DNA of 24,000 nucleotides from Chamaesiphon sp. VAR_61_metabat_425 (GCA_031425415.1 JANPJH010000093.1:595-24594); one strand, 5' to 3'; positions 10,361 to 18,202 are shown, numbered from the stretch's first letter. Numbers and translations: made by a program. Notes: a model not told the origin generated them from the sequence alone.

Positions 10361-10643
10361 TTAATCCAGTGCTGGTAGCTCTTTGACAATGGATTTACGT
10401 TTGGGTAGATTGATATCCGCAACGAAGCGTTTATTGCCTGAAGCGCAAATAACCAGCCGCCGCTCTATTCCTTTTGGGTAGACTAACAAAATTTTATCGA
10501 TATCTTGAATAATTTCAGTATAATTTGCACCAGAAACGTCGGAGATTGCAATTTGTTTGCAGTCTAGATCGTCGAGTGTTTTATCTCCATGAGTATCGGC
10601 TGTGACCTTTATTTGCCAAAGTTTTGAACTTTTTTAATCCCAT
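10361..10643 (-). pseudogene. Small ORF of about 93 codons, interrupted by a 1-nt frameshift in an A-run, or alternatively a sequencing error
   Basis: ATG at 10643 opens MGLKKFKTLANKG..., which stops after 20 codons. A second frame with no start codon stays open for about 89 codons (KSSKLWQIKVTADTHGDKTLDDLDCKQIAISDVSGANYTEIIQDIDKILLVYPKGIERRLVICASGNKRFVADINLPKRKSIVKELPALD) up to the TAA at 10361-10363. The span is 283 nt (3n+1), and removing one A from GCAAATAAAGGTC (about 10606-10614) joins the two frames. Confidence 0.3.
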
Positions 10644-10768
10644 TAGAACGAGACTTAGATCTACACCAAATCGTTACTAAATTCCATAAATCAGCCAGAA
10701 GCAGAAACTCGATCGAGTGCCAAAATAAATAGTTAGAGCTGCAAACACGTGTGACATTCAAGGAAATT

Positions 10769-11275
10769 ATGATGAATCTCCGCGCCGCCACTATCGCTGA
10801 CTTAAATCTGCTTAGATACTGGGATGAGCAACCACATGTGGTTGCCGCAGATCCCAATGATGATTGGGGTTGGGAGGAAGAACTCAACCGCGCTCCGGAT
10901 TGGCGAGAGCAATTAATTGCGGAAATAAATGGTCACCCGATTGGATTTATTCAGATTATCGATCCAGCACGGGAAGATAGTCACTATTGGGGTGATATCG
11001 CTGCGGATCTGCGCGCCATTGATATCTGGATTGGCGAAGAGACTGATTTAGGCAAAGGCTATGGCACAAGCATGATGCAGCTAGCGATTGCAAGATGCTT
11101 TGCCGATCCTGCTGTGGCGGCGATACTCATCGATCCACTTACGGCTAATACTCGCGCCCACCGTTTCTATGAACGTTTCGGCTTCCAATTTGTCGAACAG
11201 CGATGGTTTGGTGGCGATGACTGTTTTGTTTATCGGTTGAGCCAAAAGGATTGGCACCATCAAAGGATTGAATGA
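10769..11275 (+). CDS. GNAT-family N-acetyltransferase of the AAC(6')-Ib-like (Acetyltransf_8) type
   Basis: LRAIDIWIGEETDLGKGYGTSMM and ILIDPLTANTRAHRFYERFGF parallel RGIDQLLANASQLGKGLGT and IQTDPSPSNLRAIRCYEKAGF of AAC(6')-Ib, recalled from memory. AAGGA at 10760-10764 precedes the ATG ATG at 10769/10772. The ORF-track GTG at 10751 is less likely. Confidence 0.85.
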   Translation: MMNLRAATIADLNLLRYWDEQPHVVAADPNDDWGWEEELNRAPDWREQLIAEINGHPIGFIQIIDPAREDSHYWGDIAADLRAIDIWIGEETDLGKGYGTSMMQLAIARCFADPAVAAILIDPLTANTRAHRFYERFGFQFVEQRWFGGDDCFVYRLSQKDWHHQRIE

Positions 11276-11278
11276 TAT

Positions 11279-12529
11279 TCAAAGACTTTTCTGTCCCATT
11301 GCTAATCCGGCCAAATATCCAGTCGTCCAAGCACTCTGAAAGTTAAAGCCACCTGTCACCCCATCAATATCGAGGATTTCTCCGGCAAAATACAACCCTG
11401 GACAAATTTTACTCTCCATCGTCTGAAAATTGACTGACTTGAGATCGACACCGCCACAGGTGACAAATTCTTCCTTAAAGGCTCCTTTTCCGGTCATTTG
11501 ATACTCGCCGCGATTTAGTTCGATAATTAGTTTGTCGAGCGTCTTATTTGCCAATCCTGCCCATCTGTCGGTAGGTTGAATCCCGACATAACTCGTCAAG
11601 GACTCCCACAATCGATGAGGAATCGGCACGGGGCAACTATTTTTAATTGTTTTCTGGGACAATTGAGTCTTGACAGCTAGAATTAATTCTCGCAGTTTTT
11701 CCACATGATAATCTGGCAGCCAGTTGATAATTAAGGGTGTTTGATATCGAGATTCGGCGAGAAATCTTGCTCCCCAAGCAGATAATTTTAGTACGGCTGG
11801 CCCACTTATGCCCCAGTGAGTGACGAGTAATGCGCCAGTCTGCATCAATGGTTTTTTACTATTACTTCGCTCAGGGAACTTGACAGTCGCAGCTTTAACA
11901 CTGACTCCAGGCAAATCTTTTAAGCGTCGATCGGGGATATTAAAGGTAAATAGAGATGGTACGGGAGTTAGAATCGGGTGCCCTAATTCTTGCGCCCATT
12001 TATAAGCACTGGGATTACTACCTGTCGCTAGTAAAACTCGATCGGCTGTCAAACTTTGCCCAGATTTGAGGTTTACAGCCCATCCTGACGGCTGTTGGGG
12101 GATGATTTCAGCTACAGCCGTTCCCGTCCAAATCTTTACTCCCGCCGCCGTAGCCGCCGCTGATAAGCAATTGACGATCGTTTCTGAGTCATCTGTCGTC
12201 GGAAACATCCGCCCGTCTGGTTCGGTTTTGAGTTTTACCCCGCGATCGGCATACCAGGCTACGGTATCCTGGGGCTGAAAGCGACTGAAGGCACCCCGCA
12301 GAGCCTTGCTCCCACGCGGATAATACTGTACCAACTGCACCGGATCGAAACAGGCGTGAGTCACATTACACCTTCCGCCACCGGAGATTTTGACCTTAGC
12401 TAGGGGATATTTGCCAGCTTCGAGTAGCATCACCTGAATATGCGGATAAGTTTGGGCGCAGGTAATCGCGGCGAAAAACCCCGCCGCACCGCCGCCGATG
12501 ACAATAACTTGAGATGGGTTGTGAGTCAA
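11279..12529 (-). CDS. NAD(P)/FAD-dependent oxidoreductase, HI0933/YhiN (BaiN-like) family
   Basis: Dinucleotide fold VIVIGGGAAGFFAAI, family hallmarks SGGGRCNVTH and GEILDIDGVTGGFNFQSAWTTG. Confidence 0.9.
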   Translation of the reverse strand: MTHNPSQVIVIGGGAAGFFAAITCAQTYPHIQVMLLEAGKYPLAKVKISGGGRCNVTHACFDPVQLVQYYPRGSKALRGAFSRFQPQDTVAWYADRGVKLKTEPDGRMFPTTDDSETIVNCLSAAATAAGVKIWTGTAVAEIIPQQPSGWAVNLKSGQSLTADRVLLATGSNPSAYKWAQELGHPILTPVPSLFTFNIPDRRLKDLPGVSVKAATVKFPERSNSKKPLMQTGALLVTHWGISGPAVLKLSAWGARFLAESRYQTPLIINWLPDYHVEKLRELILAVKTQLSQKTIKNSCPVPIPHRLWESLTSYVGIQPTDRWAGLANKTLDKLIIELNRGEYQMTGKGAFKEEFVTCGGVDLKSVNFQTMESKICPGLYFAGEILDIDGVTGGFNFQSAWTTGYLAGLAMGQKSL

Positions 12530-12597
12530 AATAAATGCTGAGTGATGAACTATAAATGATGACTAAGTTCAAAAGTACTTAATCTGCGAGCGTTAGC

Positions 12598-12607
12598 CGA
12601 CTATAAT
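12598..12607 (+). promoter_or_regulatory. Candidate -10 element (CGACTATAAT), 19 nt upstream of the ATG at 12627
   Basis: Perfect TATAAT at 12602-12607. The identical 10-mer lies at the same distance upstream of the larE-like gene (13761-13770). I found no convincing -35. Confidence 0.3.
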
Positions 12608-12644
12608 AATCAACGTTACGATATCCATGCATCACCGATCGCTT

Positions 12645-12854
12645 ATGCCAAAACTAACGTTAGCAATTTTGACTGTTCTACTCTCTAGCTCTGGCATCGG
12701 AGTTAATCTCTCCGCCCAGGCTGCTGTGAGTGCAACACAGACTGGATCGGTCGAACGGGCTACTACTGGCTACACCACTCAACACTCGATCGCTTTAGCC
12801 GGCAAACGGTGTGGACTCAAGCGGATGTATATGCGCCCTCGCTACAGACGCTAA
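12645..12854 (+). CDS. Possible small secreted peptide (signal peptide plus a mature part of about 43 aa with a strongly basic C-terminus)
   Basis: MPKLTLAILTVLLSSSGIGVNLSAQA-AVS has an n/h/c signal-peptide layout with an AxA cleavage site. The tail is GKRCGLKRMYMRPRYRR. An alternative start is at 12627. No Shine-Dalgarno and no homology recognised. Confidence 0.3.
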   Translation: MPKLTLAILTVLLSSSGIGVNLSAQAAVSATQTGSVERATTGYTTQHSIALAGKRCGLKRMYMRPRYRR

Positions 12855-12914
12855 TTGCCATCGCTCCGCCACTGAATAACTTAATCATCGATTATCTAGA
12901 ATAGAGTTATTACC

Positions 12915-13688
12915 ATGAGTTTTACGCGAATCTGGGCAGTAGCTAGCAATGGATTTCGGGAAGTGATGCGCGATCGAATTTTCTTTGCGATCGGGTTTTA
13001 TGCCCTAATTATGACGGCAGCTTGGCGACTATTGCCGGAAATATCTGGTGCCTCGCAGGACAAGATTCTCGCTGATATTGGCCCTGCTAGTGCTAGTTTG
13101 TTGGGTGTAATCATCGCAATCTTTGTAGGGACGGGCTTAATTAATAAAGAGATCGAAAAGCGGACTGTGTTTGTGCTAGTCACCAAGCCAATTAATAGTG
13201 CTGAGTTTATTATCGGCAAGCACTTAGGTTTATCGGCGGTACTCGCAATTTTGGTAGCTGGGATGACTGCAATTTATCTAGTCATGCTCAATCTTGCCCA
13301 GATTAGTTATCAACTAACTCCCTTGTTGCTCACGTCATTATTCCTATTTTTAGAATTATGTCTGATTACAGCAGCCGCATTATTATTTGGCGTATTTACT
13401 AGTTCGCTGCTTGCCACTCTACTCACGTTTTCTCTCTATCTAGTGGGTCATTTGAGCGAAAGTATGGTGAAATTAGCTGGTGTCACTAAAAATCCTGGTT
13501 TTCAAAAACTCACGGATAATCTCTATCTAATCTTACCGGATTTATCCCGATTAGATCTTAAAAACGATGCTGTTTATGGAATCTTACCCCAACCCCAGAC
13601 ACTATTTTTCAATGCTGCCTACGCTTTAATTTATACTGCCGCATTATTGATGCTGACTACAGTTGTGTTCTCTCGTCGAGAGTTTTAG
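12915..13688 (+). CDS. ABC-2-type transporter permease subunit
   Basis: About 6 hydrophobic segments with a long first loop. The N-terminus IWAVASNGFREVMRDRIFF and INKEIEKRTVFVLVTKPI are typical of ABC-2/NosY-like permeases. There is no adjacent ATPase gene. Confidence 0.65.
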   Translation: MSFTRIWAVASNGFREVMRDRIFFAIGFYALIMTAAWRLLPEISGASQDKILADIGPASASLLGVIIAIFVGTGLINKEIEKRTVFVLVTKPINSAEFIIGKHLGLSAVLAILVAGMTAIYLVMLNLAQISYQLTPLLLTSLFLFLELCLITAAALLFGVFTSSLLATLLTFSLYLVGHLSESMVKLAGVTKNPGFQKLTDNLYLILPDLSRLDLKNDAVYGILPQPQTLFFNAAYALIYTAALLMLTTVVFSRREF

Positions 13689-13694
13689 AAAGTA

Positions 13695-13722
13695 GTGGAT
13701 AGTAGATGGTGGATAGTGGATA
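13695..13722. repeat. Tandem heptamer tract GTGGATA GTAGATG GTGGATA GTGGATA (STRR-like)
   Basis: Direct reading. It starts 7 nt after the permease stop codon. Confidence 0.6.
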
Positions 13723-13760
13723 AATAGCTTAACTTCAAATTATGGATACGATCTACCCTA

Positions 13761-13770
13761 CGACTATAAT
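13761..13770 (+). promoter_or_regulatory. Candidate -10 element (CGACTATAAT), 20 nt upstream of the larE-like ATG
   Basis: Perfect TATAAT at 13765-13770, with the same 10-mer and spacing as at 12598-12607. Confidence 0.3.
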
Positions 13771-13790
13771 CATTAACTTACACGATCGAT

Positions 13791-14603
13791 ATGAAGCTAC
13801 AACAACTTCGCAATCTATTTGTTGAAATGGATCGAGCCTTAATTGCTTATTCTGGAGGAATTGATAGCACTTTGGTGGCTAAAGTTGCCTTCGATGTTTT
13901 GGGCGATCGCGCTCTAGCAGTGACGGCACAATCGCCATCATTATTACCCGAAGAATTAGAAGATGCCAAGATTCAAGCAGCAACAATCGGCATTACCCAT
14001 CAGGTAGTAGAAACTTATGAGATGGATAATCCTAGCTACTCATCAAATCCCGTTAATCGGTGCTATTTCTGTAAAAGTGAACTTCACGATACACTCAAAC
14101 CACTTGCCTTAAAACTCGGTTATCCTTACGTTGTCGATGGAGTAAATGCTGACGACTTACAAGATTATCGTCCAGGTATTCAAGCAGCTAAAGAACGCGG
14201 AGCCAGATCCCCATTAGCTGAATTAGGTATTACTAAGTTAGAAGTGCGAGAAATTGCCAAATCGCTCGGCTTACCCTGGTGGAATAAACCCGCCCAACCT
14301 TGCCTGAGTTCGCGCTTTCCTTATGGAGAAGAGATTACAATTCCGAAGCTAAATCGAGTTGGTAGAGCTGAGATCTATTTGCGTCGCTTGGGCTATGAAA
14401 ATGTGCGCGTTCGATCGACCGGGGACACTGCTAAAATTGAGTTACCAGTTGAATTAATTCAGCAGTTTGTCATCGATCATAGTCTCAGCGATTTAGTCAC
14501 TAATTTTCAATCGTTTGGCTTTGTTTACGTTACCCTCGATTTAGAAGGTTATCGTAGCGGTAAGCTCAATCAGGTGTTACCCCAATTGTCAGGATTCGGG
14601 TGA
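13791..14603 (+). CDS. larE: PP-loop ATP pyrophosphatase, LarE-type ATP-dependent sacrificial sulfur transferase family
   Basis: PP-loop AYSGGIDSTLVA. Also NRCYFCKSEL, DGVNADDLQDYRPG, ARSPLAE and PAQPCLSSRFPYG, matching the LarE/TIGR00268 pattern as I recall it. Confidence 0.75.
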   Translation: MKLQQLRNLFVEMDRALIAYSGGIDSTLVAKVAFDVLGDRALAVTAQSPSLLPEELEDAKIQAATIGITHQVVETYEMDNPSYSSNPVNRCYFCKSELHDTLKPLALKLGYPYVVDGVNADDLQDYRPGIQAAKERGARSPLAELGITKLEVREIAKSLGLPWWNKPAQPCLSSRFPYGEEITIPKLNRVGRAEIYLRRLGYENVRVRSTGDTAKIELPVELIQQFVIDHSLSDLVTNFQSFGFVYVTLDLEGYRSGKLNQVLPQLSGFG

Positions 14604-14606
14604 AAA

Positions 14607-14634
14607 ATGCTAGACTGACCATCGATCGACACAT
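14607..14634 (+). repeat. Copy A of a roughly 26-nt dispersed direct repeat (ATGCTAGACTGACCATCGATCGACACAT)
   Basis: Matches copy B at 24 of 26 aligned positions plus a 2-nt indel. It starts 4 nt after the larE-like stop codon. Confidence 0.45.
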
Positions 14635-14741
14635 CATACATCAATTCAGCAACGCCCAAATTTGCTCTTCCCTTGTTTTGCCGCAATGGTCTGGAAAAAT
14701 GCAGGTTCTTGACCGAAAGGCAACGGTATAATAAGTAATCG

Positions 14742-14767
14742 ATGCTAGTTACCTTCGATCGACACAT
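14742..14767 (+). repeat. Copy B of the dispersed repeat (ATGCTAGTTACCTTCGATCGACACAT), 9 nt upstream of the trpB ATG
   Basis: Shares an exact 13-mer TCGATCGACACAT with copy A and an exact 16-mer TAGTTACCTTCGATCG with 5016-5031. Confidence 0.45.
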
Positions 14768-14775
14768 ACTCCCAC

Positions 14776-16020
14776 ATGACCCAAACGCCCCTCTCCCCCA
14801 ACCAAAATCGTCAGTCACCTTTTCAACAGCCAGACAGTCTTGGTCGGTTTGGCAAGTTTGGAGGGAAATATGTTCCAGAAACTCTGATGCCCGCGCTCTT
14901 AGAGCTAGAAGCAGCATATTATCAACACACTCAAGATCCTGAATTTCAGCAGCAACTCACCGGACTGCTCCGTGACTATGTTGGCAGACCTAGCCCGCTC
15001 TATTTCGCCGAACGACTCACCGCGCATTATGCCCATCCCGACGGCACTGGTGCCCAAATTTACCTCAAACGGGAAGACCTCAACCATACTGGTGCCCACA
15101 AGATTAATAATGCTCTAGCTCAAGTCCTTCTAGCTAAACGGATGGGCAAACAGCGGGTAATTGCCGAAACTGGTGCAGGACAACACGGGGTAGCGACAGC
15201 GACTGTCTGTGCCAGATTTGGCTTAGATTGCGTCATTTTTATGGGCGTACAAGATATGGAACGCCAATCGCTGAATGTCTTTCGGATGCGATTACTAGGT
15301 GCGGAGGTGCGTCCAGTGGCAGCGGGAACTGGAACGCTCAAGGATGCGACTTCTGAGGCGATTCGTGATTGGGTGACTAACGTGGAGACGACGCACTACA
15401 TTCTCGGTTCTGTTGCTGGACCCCATCCTTATCCAATGATCGTGCGGGATTTCCATGCGATTATTGGTGCAGAGACTCGCGCTCAAGCGATGGAGAAATG
15501 GAACGGTTTACCAGATATTCTACTGGCTTGTATTGGTGGTGGTTCTAATGCGATGGGACTATTTCATGAGTTCGTCAAAGAGCCGACAGTCCGCCTGATT
15601 GGGGTAGAAGCTGCGGGTGAAGGTGTAGATACCGACAAACATGCCGCAACACTTACCAAAGGTCGTCCGGGAGTATTGCATGGAGCGATGAGCTATCTAT
15701 TGCAAGATGGTGATGGACAAGTTACTGAGGCACATTCTATCAGTGCCGGGCTAGACTATCCTGGTGTTGGTCCCGAACACAGTTATCTCAAAGATTTGGG
15801 TCGGGCAGAATATTATAGTGTGACTGATGCTGAGGCTTTAGTTGCATTTCAGCTACTATCTCAGCTAGAGGGCATTATACCCGCACTCGAAACATCTCAC
15901 GCGATCGCCTATCTGGAAACTCTCTGTCCTCAACTCACTGGTAGTCCCAAAATTGTCATCAATTGTTCGGGACGTGGAGATAAAGATGTGCAGACGGTAG
16001 CTAAGGTATTGAAATTCTAG
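14776..16020 (+). CDS. trpB: Tryptophan synthase beta chain
   Basis: [18 protein letters not shown]-lysine motif [22 protein letters not shown] and GGGSNAMG. No trpA is adjacent. Confidence 0.97.
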   Translation: MTQTPLSPNQNRQSPFQQPDSLGRFGKFGGKYVPETLMPALLELEAAYYQHTQDPEFQQQLTGLLRDYVGRPSPLYFAERLTAHYAHPDGTGAQIYLKREDLNHTGAHKINNALAQVLLAKRMGKQRVIAETGAGQHGVATATVCARFGLDCVIFMGVQDMERQSLNVFRMRLLGAEVRPVAAGTGTLKDATSEAIRDWVTNVETTHYILGSVAGPHPYPMIVRDFHAIIGAETRAQAMEKWNGLPDILLACIGGGSNAMGLFHEFVKEPTVRLIGVEAAGEGVDTDKHAATLTKGRPGVLHGAMSYLLQDGDGQVTEAHSISAGLDYPGVGPEHSYLKDLGRAEYYSVTDAEALVAFQLLSQLEGIIPALETSHAIAYLETLCPQLTGSPKIVINCSGRGDKDVQTVAKVLKF

Positions 16021-16032
16021 GCTTTAGGCTCT

Positions 16033-16054
16033 AGGACGCTTACGTCCTGTTTTC
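16033..16054 (+). terminator. Short stem-loop plus T-run downstream of trpB
   Basis: AGGACG-CTTA-CGTCCT is a perfect 6-bp stem (16033-16038 / 16043-16048) followed by GTTTT. The stem is short, so it may act only as a partial terminator or processing site before malQ. Confidence 0.45.
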
Positions 16055-16079
16055 CCCTTTCCCCCTTTCCCCTTTCCCC
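16051..16079. repeat. Tandem heptamer tract TTTCCCC TTTCCCCC TTTCCCC TTTCCCC (STRR-like)
   Basis: Direct reading. It fills most of the trpB-malQ spacer and ends 6 nt before the malQ ATG. Confidence 0.65.
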
Positions 16080-16085
16080 TAACCT

Positions 16086-17594
16086 ATGACTCGTTCCAGT
16101 GGAATTCTCCTCCATCCAACTTCATTACCTAGCCCATTTGGGATTGGGGATTTAGGGCAAGATGCTTATACATTCATTGATTTTTTGCACAATGCCAAGC
16201 AAAAATATTGGCAGATTTTACCATTAGGGCCGACGGGTTATGGTAACTCGCCTTACATGTGCTATTCAGCGATCGCGGGTAATCCATTGTTAATCAGTCC
16301 AGCTAAACTATTAGCTGAAGGATTATTAGTGCCAGCAGATTTAGAGCATTTACCCACCTTTCCCACCCATAAGGTTGATTTTGAACTCGCGATCGAATTT
16401 AAAACCAAAATATTCCATCTAGCGTATCAGCGATTTCACGATCTTGCTGATACCGAACATAAGCATAATTTCGACCTTTTTTGCCACAGTCAGATTTATT
16501 GGCTGGATGACTACGCCCTCTTTATGGCAGTGCGGGAAGCACATGGCGATAAGAGTTGGCCCGAGTGGGAACCGGATTTAGTTAAGCGCGAACCGCTTGC
16601 GCTGATTCACTGGCAAAATAAACTCAAAGATCGAGTTGCTTACCATAAATTTGTTCAATTTAAGTTCTTTGAACAATGGTTAGAACTCAAGCAGTATGCT
16701 CACAAACATGAGATTGAAATCATTGGTGATATTCCAATTTATGTCGCCCATGACAGCGCAGATGTGTGGGCAAATCAAGAATTTTTTGAACTCGATCCTG
16801 AAACAAGTGCAGCGGCATTAATGGCTGGAGTGCCACCGGATTATTTTAGTGAAACCGGACAACTGTGGGGGAATCCAGTCTACAATTGGAAGAATCTTGC
16901 CGAAACCCAATTTAATTGGTGGATTCAACGGTTTGAATCTTTACTCAAATTAGTAGATGTAATTCGCGTCGATCATTTTCGAGGTTTCCAAGCATTTTGG
17001 GCTGTCGAACAAGGTGAAACTACCGCGATGGATGGACGTTGGATTAAGGCTCCAGGGGCAGAATTATTTGCAACCCTGCAACATAAGTGGGGAAATTTAC
17101 CGATCCTAGCTGAAGATTTGGGTGTAATTACACCCGATGTCGAAGCTTTGCGCGATCAATTCGGTTTTCCAGGGATGAAGGTACTGCAATTTGCCTTTGG
17201 TTCGGACAATGGTAATCCCTTCTTACCATTCAACTATGGACGCAATTTCGTTGTCTATACAGGTACTCATGATAATGATACAACGGTTGGCTGGTTTGAG
17301 GAAATCAACAAAGATCCAGATCGCCAGCGCGAACTCGATCGACTATTGCTATATGTGGGTGGTATTTGTGCCGACGGAATTCATTGGGATCTCATTCGAT
17401 TAGCGATGGCTTCGGTGGCTAATGTGGCAATTTTTCCGCTTCAAGATGTCTTGGGTTTAGGCAACGCTGCGCGAATGAATTATCCAGGGAAGGCTGAAGG
17501 AAATTGGGGTTGGCGATATGATTCGATTGTCTTAAATGAACGAGTGGGAGCGCAATTAAAAAGTTTAACTGAAATTTGTGGTAGATCGATCTAA
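16086..17594 (+). CDS. malQ: 4-alpha-glucanotransferase (amylomaltase, GH77)
   Basis: SSGILLHPTSLPSPFGIGDLG, WGNPVYNW, IRVDHFRGF, ILAEDLG and YTGTHDNDT. The 502-aa length is typical. Confidence 0.95.
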   Translation: MTRSSGILLHPTSLPSPFGIGDLGQDAYTFIDFLHNAKQKYWQILPLGPTGYGNSPYMCYSAIAGNPLLISPAKLLAEGLLVPADLEHLPTFPTHKVDFELAIEFKTKIFHLAYQRFHDLADTEHKHNFDLFCHSQIYWLDDYALFMAVREAHGDKSWPEWEPDLVKREPLALIHWQNKLKDRVAYHKFVQFKFFEQWLELKQYAHKHEIEIIGDIPIYVAHDSADVWANQEFFELDPETSAAALMAGVPPDYFSETGQLWGNPVYNWKNLAETQFNWWIQRFESLLKLVDVIRVDHFRGFQAFWAVEQGETTAMDGRWIKAPGAELFATLQHKWGNLPILAEDLGVITPDVEALRDQFGFPGMKVLQFAFGSDNGNPFLPFNYGRNFVVYTGTHDNDTTVGWFEEINKDPDRQRELDRLLLYVGGICADGIHWDLIRLAMASVANVAIFPLQDVLGLGNAARMNYPGKAEGNWGWRYDSIVLNERVGAQLKSLTEICGRSI

Positions 17595-17607
17595 GGGATG
17601 GGATTAG

Positions 17608-17627
17608 AGTGGGCAATGGTGCCCACT
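17608..17627. terminator. Perfect 8-bp hairpin between the convergent malQ and Uma2 genes
   Basis: AGTGGGCA-ATGG-TGCCCACT. There is no flanking T/A-run, so the terminator function is inferred from position only. Confidence 0.4.
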
Positions 17628-17653
17628 ATCATGATTCTACAAGTAATTAAAAT

Positions 17654-18202
17654 CTAACTGAATAACTGTTGAATGTTGATCAACAGATCTGGAAAAGCTA
17701 AAGGGGAAATCAGCCCAGTTGTAAAACTGGTTTTCGATTGATACCCAGATGGCGCAAGGTCGCGAAAGACAATTAATACTAATTCCGATAAATTCATCAC
17801 CCAGTATTCTTCAATTCCCGCATCTGCATAGAGATCTTTCTTCGTACCTAGATCTTTGGCGATCGTGGAATTGGCAACTTCAATTAGCCAAAATATATCT
17901 TCTGGGTAGGGGTGTCGATCTCGATACAATGTAGACCGGGTTCTGACAATCGCAATATCTGGTTCTGGTTCCGAGTTATTTGGTAGTGTAATTGGATGAG
18001 CTTCGCGGACTTCTGCGAGTTCCCCCAGTAATCGGCGCAGGTATTTGACAGTTTCGCCACAATAGGATGAGTGGGGTGCGCCTTCTGGTGACATTTCAAT
18101 GATTTCCCCACCTAATAACTCGACATTCCGCTCATCAAGCAACCCAGTCTCGATCATCTGATGATAATCTTGGAGACTCCATTTAGCTGTTACGATCGTC
18201 AT
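17654..18202 (-). CDS. Uma2-family (DUF820) putative endonuclease
   Basis: WSLQDYHQMIETGLL...ELLGGEIIEMSPEGAPH...PEPDIAIV...WLIEVANST...KKDLYADAGIEEYWVMNL matches the restriction-endonuclease-like Uma2 pattern that is common in cyanobacteria. Confidence 0.85.
   Translation of the reverse strand: MTIVTAKWSLQDYHQMIETGLLDERNVELLGGEIIEMSPEGAPHSSYCGETVKYLRRLLGELAEVREAHPITLPNNSEPEPDIAIVRTRSTLYRDRHPYPEDIFWLIEVANSTIAKDLGTKKDLYADAGIEEYWVMNLSELVLIVFRDLAPSGYQSKTSFTTGLISPLAFPDLLINIQQLFS

Noticed and set aside
10609-10887. A 92-aa minus-strand ORF overlapping the GNAT gene start.
   Set aside because: It is antisense to a well-supported CDS for half its length and has a Ser-rich low-complexity N-terminus. 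The frameshifted ORF at 10361-10643 explains the downstream open frame better.
14686-14712. An 8-codon upstream ORF (MVWKNAGS) in the larE-trpB spacer, considered as a possible trp attenuator leader.
   Set aside because: It has only one Trp codon and I could find no alternative hairpins. It also lies upstream of the only -10-like hexamer (TATAAT 14727-14732). That hexamer itself has poor spacing (12 nt) to the nearest TTGACC.
14742-14942. A 66-aa ORF overlapping the trpB start in another frame, containing three Trp codons within seven codons (SWSVWQVW). This is tempting as a Trp-sensing leader peptide.
   Set aside because: The TGG codons arise from the conserved trpB Phe-Gly codons (GRFGKFGG, giving TTTGG repeats) read out of frame. 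The ORF lies mostly inside trpB and has no associated terminator/antiterminator structure.
17654-18202. The Uma2 endonuclease flanked by a perfect hairpin, considered as a possible mobile or defence cassette.
   Set aside because: Uma2/DUF820 genes are abundant single-gene paralogues in cyanobacteria. There are no partner genes, terminal repeats or target duplications around it.
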